Source: Takakia lepidozioides
Taxonomy: Eukaryota > Plantae > Bryophyta
Direction of reading: 5' to 3'
NCBI GenBank assembly: GCA_030704615.1
Contig: CM060733.1
Coordinates: 49,600,001-49,664,000 of the forward strand
DNA: 64,000 nt
In this document: piece by piece, positions 40,042 to 50,328 of the stretch
Numbering within the stretch: position 1 is the first letter of the stretch
How the letters are laid out: each line of letters begins with the position of its first letter
Translations under genes and position numbers: made by a program
Notes under the pieces: generated by a model
The model's database searches: none
What the model saw: only the letters and a program-made list of their open reading frames with translations
Told to the model about the DNA's origin: nothing

Positions 40042-40772
40042 TGTCGCGGCCCTTTGCCTTGAGGGCAGGGGGGGTCGGGACACATGAGGGGCTGCCCCTG
40101 TGGTGGGGGCAGCGGCAGCGATAGGTACGGGGGGCTGAAGCACCCTTGAGTGCCCAAGGCACTCAAGGAGGCGGAGGCGCTCACTAGGTGGAGCCCCGCA
40201 CACCGGGTTGCGGTGGGGGTGGCTCCACAAGGGGTGGTGGTAGCTTAGCGGGACTTAGTGGGGGTGGCATAGGACTCACCATGGGGGCGGAGACCTCGTG
40301 GTGGGAGTCGTGGGGAGTCTTGGGACTCATCACGGTCCATAGGGGCCGTGGTGAGTGGGCCAAGACTCACCGCGACTCACCACCGGGAGTCGAGGGTTTT
40401 TGTGGTGGTTTGCCATAAAATGGCATGGCTGGTTGTGAAACCCCCGCGGACAGCTACAGAAGTATATATAAGGGGGAGTAGTGACCCCGAGAACGGTGCA
40501 AGCCCGTTGGTGACCAAAAACTAGTGAGTAAGCGAGCGAGCCGGAAAGCGACCAAAGAGTGAGGAGCTGTTCCGGACTGCCAACTACCAAAGGGAATTCC
40601 ACTAGGCCCAAAGAGGTGGAGGGTTTAGTGGGAGCCCGAAGGGGGACCGTTATGTCCCGGTGAGCAGCCGAAGCTCCAAGTTGGCCCGGCGGCCAGGTTG
40701 GGAGTCAGGCGCGCGCATCAGAGCGAGTAACTATGACTTGAAGGGGAGCTTACCGAAGTGAGGTGCGCGACA
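40042..40772. mobile_element. Solo LTR (731 bp) inserted in the Ulp1-like region
   Basis: TGTCGCG...CGCGACA termini; 5-bp TSD GATAG/AATAG (1 mismatch); internal TATATAA about 40465; removal restores frame CTD|RLLELW. Confidence 0.8.
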
Positions 40773-41629
40773 AATAGACTCCTGGAGCTGTGGTGTCGAT
40801 TCTATGACAAGTCGGTTGAGGCTGCGTTCACCAACACTATTGCTGTTCTTCCAACGTTGACGTGGACGGTGTTGAAGTCATAGGGGGTGGGGCAACATGA
40901 AAGCCTTCTGGAGGTCTTCAAAGGTTGCCTCAGCACTGAACGACTGGGCAAGGACTTGAAAGAGTGCGATTTCATTTTGGTGCCAATTGGGGACGAGTAA
41001 GAACTCTTCCGAGTCTGCTAAGACTGTCTCCTAAATCATAGTCTGGTTTCGCAGTGTCGTCTTGACTCTGAGCGATTAAGTTGACCTCTGTATTTGTGCA
41101 GTGGACTGGGTTTGAAGATTGAGTCAGCTGAGTGGTCGGTCTGCTGAGTGTCAGTCTGCTGAGTCTGCCCATCATGATTGTGCAATGACACCATGTTGTT
41201 TGATACCATTGCAGGGGGCACTCTTGGGGGGTGCACTCCAGCCAATATGTACCAGCCACGTGCGTGCACAGGAGGGGGTATTTTAAACCCCCCCATGTAC
41301 AACATTATACATAAATAGGGGGATTTAAAATACGTTAAATATAATATTACAGGAGGGGGTTGTTGAATTGTAAGGGGTAGTCTAGTGGTAAGGACATCGT
41401 TCAGGCCACGATGCATGGCGGGATCAAATCGTGGTATCCATTTTTTTGCTCTCTCTTTTCCCTCCTCTCCTCTCATCTCCTCTCATCTCCTCTCCCCTCC
41501 TCTCCCGCGTTCGCGGGTGGGTGGTCGACCGCAGGGCATGGTATTCTTCCTGATGTTTACAAGGTTCTTGGGAGGGTCAGCTTGGTCTTAGCAAGCCGTG
41601 TTTCAATCTCTGCTTGCTCAGCTGCACTG

Positions 41630-42490
41630 TGGTGGTTCTCAAAGACCAATCCGACATTACCTGACTATAGCCATCAGCAGCACACATAAGAGATCATTTT
41701 GGGGTTGATGGGAGGTCAAATCCTCCATGGGTCACAACACAAGGTCAAGGACAATGTGGTGAGGGCACCTTCTTCTTCGACCTATTTCAGCCTATTTTTC
41801 CCTCTCATCACACTCGGCACCCCTGAATTTGCAGCACGGAGCAGAGCTTGACAAAAGTTTTTTAAAGATCCTTCACGATGGTGGGACAACTGCAGTCGCA
41901 AGGTGTGGCGTTTTCTTAAGGTACAATGTGAAGAAGTTTGTCCATCCTGGAAATGCGGGCTCTTGCGTCCTGTTAGTACCATGATTTGGTATTCTTCCAG
42001 CCCAGGCCAGTCACATTCATTTGTTTTTGCAATGCGTGTGCGATCCTGGCAGCCCTGGAAAATGAGGAAGAGGTCCATGGTGGCATCATCAAAGCTGGGA
42101 TTGTATCAGATGTCAATCTGACCAGTGCCGTGGTGGACATGTATGCCAAATGCGGGTGCATGAAGGATGCATTAAAGGGGGTGTTGGGCAGTATGGCTGA
42201 ACGGAATGTGGTGTCATAGAGCGTGATGGTGGCATGCTATAAGCGCTACAAGGGCAGCGGAGGGAGGCTTTGGAAACCTTTGAGCACATGTACAAGCTTG
42301 GCAGCCCTGGAGATTGGAGAAGAGGTCCACGGTGGCATCGTCAAAGCTGTAGTGATTGTATCAGATGTCATTATGAAAGCTGCCTTGGCAGACATGTATG
42401 TCAAATGTGGGTATGTGTAAGATGCAAAGGGAGTGATGGACAGCTAAGGGGTTGTGTATGCAATGTGGTGTCATGGAGCATAGTGATGGA
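41630..42490 (+). pseudogene. PDF-motif plus PLS-PPR gene fragments
   Basis: KTNPTLPDYSH...DGRSNPPWV; KFFKDPSRWWDNCSRK|GT; VTFICFCNACAILAALE..EEVHGGIIKAG..SAVVDMYAKCG..AERNVVS*. Confidence 0.75.
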
Positions 42491-42629
42491 GCAAAGGTCG
42501 GGTTCCCCCCCTGAGTTTGAATTAAGTCTAGTGCAGAGAGGGTGATTTAGGGGCTGAGCTTTGGCTCAGCCTCAAGATTTAGAAAGTTGGTGCATAGAGT
42601 CCATTCAAATGGAGTACTGTTGGGCAGTC

Positions 42630-43670
42630 ATGGAAAAGGGGGAAGAGGTGCATGGTGACATTGTCAAAAGCTGAAATTAATGTACCTTATGTCATTCTGA
42701 ATAGTGCCCCCTGGTGGACAGGTCTGCCAAATGCGGGTGCATAGAGGATGCAAAGGGAGTGTGGGGAAAACCTGGAAAAGGGGAAAGAGGTCCATGGTGA
42801 CATTGTCAAAAGCTGGAATTGTACCTTATGTCATCTGAACAGTGCCCTGGTGGACAGGTCTGCCAAATGCGAGTGCGTAGAGGATGCAAATGGAGTGTGG
42901 GGCAGACTTAGAAAAGGGGGAAGAGGTCCATGGTGACACTGTCAAAAGTTGGAATTGTACCTTATATCATTCTGAATAGTGCCATGGTGGACAGGTCTGC
43001 CAAATGCGGGTGCGTAGAGGATGCAAATGGAGTGTTGGGCAGACCTGGAAAATGGGGAAGAGCCATGGTGACATTGTCAGAAGCTGGAATTGTACCTTAT
43101 GTCATCTGAATAGTGCCCTGGTGGACAGGTCTGCCAAATGCGGGTGCGTAGAGGATGCAAAGGGAGTGTGGGGCAGACCTGGGGCAGACCTGGAAAGGGG
43201 AAGCTGAGGTCCATGGTGACATTATCAAAAGCTGGAATTGTACATTATGTCATCTGAACAGTGCCGTGGTGGACAGGTCTGCCAAATGCGGGTGCGTAGA
43301 GGATGCAAAGGGAGTGTGGAGCAGACCTGGAAATGGGGGAAGAGGTCCATGGTGACATTGTCAAAAGCTGGAATTGTACCTTATGTCATTCTGAATAGTG
43401 CCCTGGTGGACAGGTCTGCCAAATGCGGGTGCATAGAGGATGCAAAGGGAGTGTTGGGCAAACCTGGAAAAGGGGGAAGAGGTCCACGGTGACATTGTCA
43501 AAAGCTGGAATTGTACCTTATGTCATCCTGAATAGTGCCCTGGTGGACAAGTCTGCCAAATGCGGGTGCGTAGGGATGCAAAGGGAGTGTGGGGCAGACG
43601 TGGAAAAGGGGGAAGAGGTCCATGGTGACATTGTCAAAAGCTGGAATTGTTGTACTTTGTGTCATTCTGA
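42630..43670 (+). repeat. Tandem repeat, about 137-bp unit x about 7.5, derived from PPR L/S-motif coding sequence
   Basis: Units start GGAAA(A/T)GGGG..GAGGTCCATGGTGACATTGTCAAAAGCTGG at about 42632, 42774, 42911, 43047, 43192, 43329, 43466 and 43602; decode to EKGEEVHGDIVK.G....LNSALVD.SAKCG..EDAKGV. Confidence 0.85.
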
Positions 43671-45674
43671 GAGTCCAAATTATCTAGGGAAGGAAAATCA
43701 CTGAGGGATACATTTCACCCTGTTCTTCTCTCTTATCAGAATTGGCCCTAAAATTCCATGTTGAACTCTGCAATTCCCAATGCCCTTTATTACTTAGGCT
43801 TTCACTTCCCGAAGCAACTTACATCTGTACCAGCCTTGAGTTTTATTGACAGAGCAACACATACTCTTAGTGCTCTTTATCATTAAAGTATACAGAATAT
43901 ACTGGCATGGTTCTGTTCACCAGCCATAGATAAGAGTATACATTGTACCATTTGGTGGTTAATCCAAAGATAACATTATTAATCTGAAAACCCCGGACTC
44001 TTGGAGATAAGATGTCTTGAATAGTACATTCTGATTCAGAACTGAAACCATGGTACTATTTAGTATTTAATCAGCATGGTAGGTAGCTTAAAAACTACTC
44101 TATAAGCTGGCTCAACTTATTAGTATTATGGAAGTTATGTGGTGTTGGAGGAAAACACAATTACAATGATCGGAAAGTCTTTGACAATCTTATCAAGGGC
44201 AAATATATATCTTTTTAATTAATTTATTGGATTTTATTCTGTTTCTTAATGAATAAACTTGATATAATATAAAAACATACATATACATATTTGAGGGTAT
44301 TTTTTAATGATTGAAAAGGAGAATATACATATAAAAGGGGTTTTTTTTTAATTATAAATTTTTGTATATGTACAGGAGAGGGTTTTATAATCCTCAAAAA
44401 GTATGTACAGAGGGGATATAAATTATCCGAGGACCCGTATACAGGGGTTTTTTTTATTAGTCGGCGAACGCACGTGATACGGACATTTTATAAAAAGTGC
44501 ACCCCCCAAGGGGGCACTGGAGTGTTTGTATCATCGACCTCCGCAAGGGCTGTTACACTCACCTGAACTCTATCAGAGACTCGCATAGTTGTCCTTTTGT
44601 TCTAGGGTGGATTCGGAGCTTCATGCTGAGTGCTTAGGGTACTCGATGGACTCACCGGAGTGGCACGAGATTGTCCAAGCCTTTTAGTTCCACGCGCCTG
44701 ATGTGCCCCAACAACCATTCAACTGGGAGTGTGGCTTTTACGTCATATCATTCATTCAAGTGTTTTATGAGTGGGTAAAAGTTAGAGGAAATGTCTCCAA
44801 GACTGCAAAGCCAGAGAGAGGAACACCTTTCACGAAGGACTGGTTTACTTTCAAGTTTGCACTTGGGCAACGAATGCAGTGTGCCCAATATATCGTGCGG
44901 GGGTTGGACAATGTAGAGAAACTGCTCTCATGAGTATGATGTACTTGTCCTGTGAAGTCTATGTACCGAAATAAAAAATGCGAGTCTTTTCGCTTACTAT
45001 TCCAGTGGTGATGAGCACTTTTGTGTACTGTGGGTGCTGGCATGTTTTGTAATGTTGTCACTAAACTTAATGGACACAATGGTGTCAATTTTTCCATGCA
45101 CTGTGCACCCGAGTCTGCTGAGCTTGAATGTGCGAGCAGTATGCTGCCGAGGCTGGGACTAATGGGTCTGGTACCTAGTCTGGTAGGCACCATGTCCATG
45201 AGTCCGCTGGGACGCTGGATTGGCATGAGTCGTTAGGGAGGTAGTCCACTGGAGCCTGTCCATTTTGAGTCTGCTGTTGTGGATGAGTCTGCTTGAGACT
45301 TAGTCTGTCCATCAGTCTGCTGGGAGAGTTGCAGGGATGAGGTGGGAGTATGGTGAGCAGACATTCGGAGTGGACATCGAACTGGGCAGCAGACTGACCA
45401 GCAGACTGGCTTACTGGCGTGCGCAGTCTGCTGACTGTGACTATGTTGGGAGACTGTGCGTGACACTGTGACTCTGTTGAGAGACTATGCTTGGGAGACT
45501 GTGTGGGAGTCAGTTGGGAGACTGGAGAAGTCCGTTGGGAGACTGTGCATGAGTCCATTGCGGACTTGTATTTCAGAAAGGGATAATGCTACCAGAGGAA
45601 TTGCAGACTTATATTGTCTTCTTCGTGACACCTACACGACCTGACACCTTGTCTCTTTTCGATGCATTGCAGAC

Positions 45675-48600
45675 TTATATTGTCTTCTTCGTGACACCTA
45701 CACGACCTGAAACCTTGCGAATTTTCGAATATATATGTGCTGCAAGTGCAGGTGCAGACACCCTCTTGCTGGTTCTCCGCAAAACCCTAGGCCGGGTTTT
45801 CCAGGGCTCCACGAAATCTCGTCTCCTTTTCAGAGACATGTTGTTGTTGTCGTTCAGAGGACGGAAAGCCTTTGCTGCCGCAGGGTGCAACATTCCAGCC
45901 GCACTTTTCGCCAGGATATCAACGAGCTGCCCTCTGCACATACGAAGAGCAGATCGGGCATGTACCTCCAGGTATTTGTCATCACCACAATGCGAAATAT
46001 GTCCGCGAATTCTTGGTCCATTGAGGCTGAGACCTCTAGAGGTGCCTCGTCGTAGGGAATGGTTCCCAGTGTCGTGCCACAAGTGTGCACAAGGAGGCCA
46101 TCCTTCAGGTCAGGGTGAAGCATCTTCAGGACACGGACCTGATGCTTGCATAAGTTTCCCTTCATTGCCCATGGGCACGTGCAACAAGCCCAATCGCAAT
46201 TAGGATTGTAAACAATGTATGTTGTGCCGGGGTGGTTGCTGCTGAGAACGTAGGCTGGTTCACCAAGACCCAAAGGAAGAGTAACATTCTCAGCAGGAAT
46301 GTCTCGTGCCGCAAGTATAGAACTGGATATGTACTTTTCGTGTTTGTCATTTCTTATGAACCCATGGGTCTTCAAATGGATTGCGTACCAGTAGTGTGTT
46401 AGCACACGGCCAGCGAGTTCCCATATAAGCCAATCCACTCTACGACCACTCATCTTGCCTTTCCCCATGGCAAGTCTTGCCTTCAGATTTCCATGGTATG
46501 CCTCAATGCTTGCGTTTGTGTCTTGGCTCACATGAGGGACATGACGGGCTGCTGTACACCACATTGCTATTTTGGGCTTCCAGTACTGCTCGATATAGTC
46601 AAGAAATTTATGTCATTTCGGGTATTTTGACCTCATACGACGGATTCTCCTTGCAACCCACCGAAGCGCTCTTTTCTCGTTGCGTGGTCCCCCTCTACAG
46701 TACATGAGGTCTCCCATATCCTTCAACAAGTTTACAGCGGTCACCGGATCCTTTGTTTTCTTGCATGATTGCTTCACCTATGCCTTGCGGACATGCCAAA
46801 GACAGAGGAAAATGAGTACTCTTTAAAAAACAATTATGTACAACACACATGGTACACATTAGAGTCTTGGGATCGGACTGCAATGGTGGACTGCCGGAGT
46901 GGACTGTAACAGTGACCTGTATCAGCGGGCAGAGCCACTAGACTCGCCCAGTGGACAGTACAATGCCATGACGTTGATGTGCTAGAATAACCCCATTGGA
47001 CTACCCAGTGGACTTCCCCGTTGGACTTCCCCCTAGCTAGGACTGGGGCAGCGGACTGCCCCATTGGACTGCCACAGCGGACTGCCGGGACTTGCCAGGG
47101 ACTGTCGAGTGGACTTGGCAGCGGACGGCTGACCTCAGGGACTGCTGAGTGGACTTGCCAGCGGATTGCCGAGCGGACTTGCCAAGGACTGCTGAGTGGA
47201 CTTGCCATGGACTGCTGAGTGGACTTCCCAGTGGATCGCCGAGCGGACTTGCTGGGGACTGCCAGCGGACTTGCCAGGGGACTGACGAGCGGACTTGACA
47301 GCGGACTACCAGTGGATTTGCCCAGCGAACTGCCATCGGGTTTCGCCACAGATTTCTGCCAGCGGACTGTAGCTATGGACTGCTGCAGTGGACCTCGACA
47401 ATGGACCGGTGCTGTGGACCAACAGACTTACCGAATATCGTTGATTTCTGCTTCGGCATCGTTCACAATGAAGGCATTGGGTCGCCAACTCGGCAAATCT
47501 GCGAGGAGTGAATCACGCAAGGCTCTCATCCACGGCACCAGGTCTGTTGTCCGATTCCTCGCGGATATGATATATGCAACTGGTATAACGTTCAACCACT
47601 CGTCGAAGACCATCAACGTGTACAGTGGGAACTATTGGAATGCACAATGTCAGATGGTCAGAGCATGCAAATTCCGCTCAGTTCTGCACGAGAAGACTTC
47701 ATAAGAGTGATGAGGTTTGCAGCGGTTCACAGTGGGTCTGTCCCTTGGTCTTCCGCAACGTACACATAAAAACATACAGAAAGAGTCAGCACACCAAATT
47801 TTATGTGAATGTTGCATGGTACTATGCTATCATGCTCCTACAAGTCCATGGAATCGTTCGAATAGTACCTTTCATGATTTGTCCCAAAGGTTGCATCACA
47901 TGCAACGATACGGTCATGTCCTAGTTCCAGCATTCGTCGTTTCTGCCACGGAGTCTGTATGCCAATAGTGAATGTTAAATCTCCATCAAAATGCTCGAAT
48001 GTTGGCTCTAATTTCTCCTCTTGATAGAAAAAAACGGACGTAGGATTCTGGTCTCTCCACATGCGCACACTCTCTGCATCATCGGCGTGCTTTTTGAAGG
48101 TTTGCCACGCACGTTTCTCGGCAAGGTTGCGAACATCTTGCTCCAACAAGAAATCATCGCGGGGCCATGCATCGCCCAAGCCGGTGTTGTTCATCACGTG
48201 CTCTTTATGCTCCATCATGATTTGGGTGACCGACAAGCCTCGGCACAAATACTCGTCGACCCAGGCTTTCAATTCCTCGCTAATGTGTGGTGCATAGGCA
48301 TGGCGGGTGTTCCTGAACTCTGCGGACTTCCCATGCGAGGGTTTTTCTTGCGCATCTGTATGCTCCATGTTGTTGTAGTACACGAGGACACAGATGTCAG
48401 GGGCGAGATAACATTGCTGGACCTTGAAACAACATTGGCAACCACGCTTGTAAGACTCTCCATACTCCGACTTCTTTCTCCTTGGGCATTTATGAGGGCA
48501 AGATGTTCTAGCATCCACAAGAGGTCCTCTACACTTCTGTTTTGGATCCTCCACTATTGCCTTGTTGATGCGCTTGTCATCAAGACCGTAACAACATTGA

Positions 48601-49051
48601 TACCTGGACAGAAAATTCAAAAATCGATATCCAACGACTTGAGGAAGCATAAAATCAGAGAACTCGTGAAACAAAAAATGGCAACAAATATGCAATGAAA
48701 CATCAAAAGGACTGAGGATGGTGCACACATAATACTGGACATAAATGTGTCGGTTCTGGGTGCTTTTCGTGAGCCGGGTTCCACTTTAGAATGGACATTC
48801 ACCCAAAACTGAGTGGGGTAGTCCTCCAAACTCTCCTCTCCCAAGACAAAGTCACCAACTCTATCCCAAGGTATGCAGGCCTTCTCAACATTCACTCACA
48901 CACCCATAAACCCATATTGCGTCTCACTCTTCCAATGGAGATCCTTCCTGTTGAAGGGTCTTAGTTTTGCTGTTTGCAAACATTGTCGAAGAGGCCGTAT
49001 AAGCGGGCTTTCCGTGATCAATATATCATCGGGTTTTGCTTCCACGTCCAT
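45675..49051 (-). pseudogene. MULE transposase (DDE + SWIM), multi-exon, disrupted
   Basis: DLHW..ACIPWDRVGDFVLGEE; KRGCQCCF; CDATFGTN; VFDEWLNVIPVAYII; FIVNDAEAE; LWHVRKA; DTNASIEAYH; SWIM CTCPWAMKGNLCKH; stops and frameshifts. Confidence 0.88.
46880..47420. repeat. Tandem GGACT(T/G)-core motif array inside a transposase intron
   Basis: Roughly two dozen GCGGACTTGCCA / GTGGACT variants. Confidence 0.8.
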
Positions 49052-50328
49052 GCCCTATACAGTACAAATGACACGCTTCTGAACATGCAAGAAACGCGCC
49101 GCAGTACCCAGGACACGATCGACAACGTGCCAGGAGAACAATGTGCACATTCGCGGTTGCTGGCAAGTGGCAGGCGGCAGGGATAAAGGTTTGAATTGCA
49201 GCCCTAAAAATGGAGGGCTCGGATGGGTTATGGGAATGGACGGTGGAGATCCTGCGCCGTCAGTGGACTGGCCAGCGGACTGGCGGGCAGACTGGCAGAC
49301 TCATGGGTGGGGGACTGGCCGCGCGGGCGGGGCGGGCGCAGCGCGCAACGGCGGGCGGGGTGGGGGGAGCCAGGCGTCCGTGCGCGGGGCCCACCGGCCA
49401 CATCGCACGTGCCCATTAAAGACCCTATTATCTTAAAATGAGAGGCTGCATAGAGTGGTTTTAAAAAAAAAATCAATCCGGATATTAGCAATGGTATCTG
49501 AATGTCAATAACCTAGAAATATGAACTCGGATATGGTATTAAAAAAAAATAAAAATAAAAATGGTACTAGTATTCAAATTTAATATTGAAATGGCCATCT
49601 GAATTATTCAAATAGCCATTTGAATAATCAAGAAAACCACAAGGAAACCTGCTCATCTCGTAGGATATCAACCCCCATACAATTATACACTCAATCAGAA
49701 TTGCATCCATAGTGCCTCGCAAAATGAAGATCATAAAGAGGCGCTCATAAACACATGAAACCCTGCATCCATAATGTCTATACATATGTGCATATTAATA
49801 TGATACCCGAACAGACCTCCAGGAGTCGAGCTCTGGTAGGGGCCGGGGAAAGGGGAAAGGAGAACCCAAACCGCCACCTGGTAGGGTTTGGGGGGCCGCC
49901 AGGGAACTCGAGAACCTGCTGGTAGGGTACTACAAATGTTTACGGGAACAGAGAACAGTAGGTTAGGTTAGGAGAGACCCGGGTTGATGCCCGGCGAAAC
50001 CCTGATACCAGACCAACACTGGTGACATCTCCAGCTTAAGGCAAGTACAAAATGTAAATCTCCACAGCTTTATTGCTCCCAATTCACTCTAAACACAATT
50101 ACACTGTAGCCACTTGGTTTTCTTCCATGTTTTGGAACTCCAAATACGCAAACCTCCTGTTGCTGCAGAACTTCCAGTTTTCATAATATGTTCTTGATAA
50201 GTTTTCCTTCAATAATGTTTCCCAGCAGATGACACATTTCCATTCTACTTTACACTACTCATGACCATTTCCATCCTCTTCTTTGAAGCTAAGCGCTTTC
50301 TTTTGTGCCGTTTATTTGCATGCTTGTT

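Larger units (their letters stand above)
41207..44524. mobile_element. Gene-capturing TIR element of unassigned superfamily (Pack-type) carrying PDF-motif and PPR fragments
   Basis: Degenerate TIRs share CA.T.CAG..TTGGGGGGTGCACT..ATGT(A)CC..CACGTGCGT..AAACCCC..TGTA; flanks TTTGATAC/TTTGTATC (imperfect); splits the Ulp1-like coding segment. Confidence 0.6.
35198..44933 (+). pseudogene. MULE accessory gene: N-terminal zinc finger, Q/T-rich repeats, C-terminal Ulp1/C48-like protease; interrupted by two insertions
   Basis: ATG 35198 with in-frame TGA at 35210; CPFC..LNRH...GC; QQT repeats 36740-39110; Ulp1-like pieces DDIKAL..TD/RLLELW (rejoined after removing the solo LTR), IIDL...THLNS (about 44535) and VPQQPFNWECGFYV (44703); may be more than one gene. 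Confidence 0.6.
33056..49446. mobile_element. Full-length MULE (Mutator-like) element with convergent transposase and accessory gene, decayed
   Basis: About 250-270 bp TIRs (33056-33325 / 49197-49446) starting GCCTCTCATTTTAAGATAATAGGGTCT; perfect 9-bp TSD TGCATAGAG (33047-33055, 49447-49455). Confidence 0.93.
32921..50021. mobile_element. hAT-type MITE (about 0.7 kb of own sequence) split by a 16.4-kb MULE insertion
   Basis: Perfect 18-bp TIRs CAGTGTTGGTCTGGTATC (32921-32938) / GATACCAGACCAACACTG (50004-50021); 8-bp TSD GTAACATC / GTGACATC (1 mismatch); TIR nearly identical to the MITE at 26159. Confidence 0.85.
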
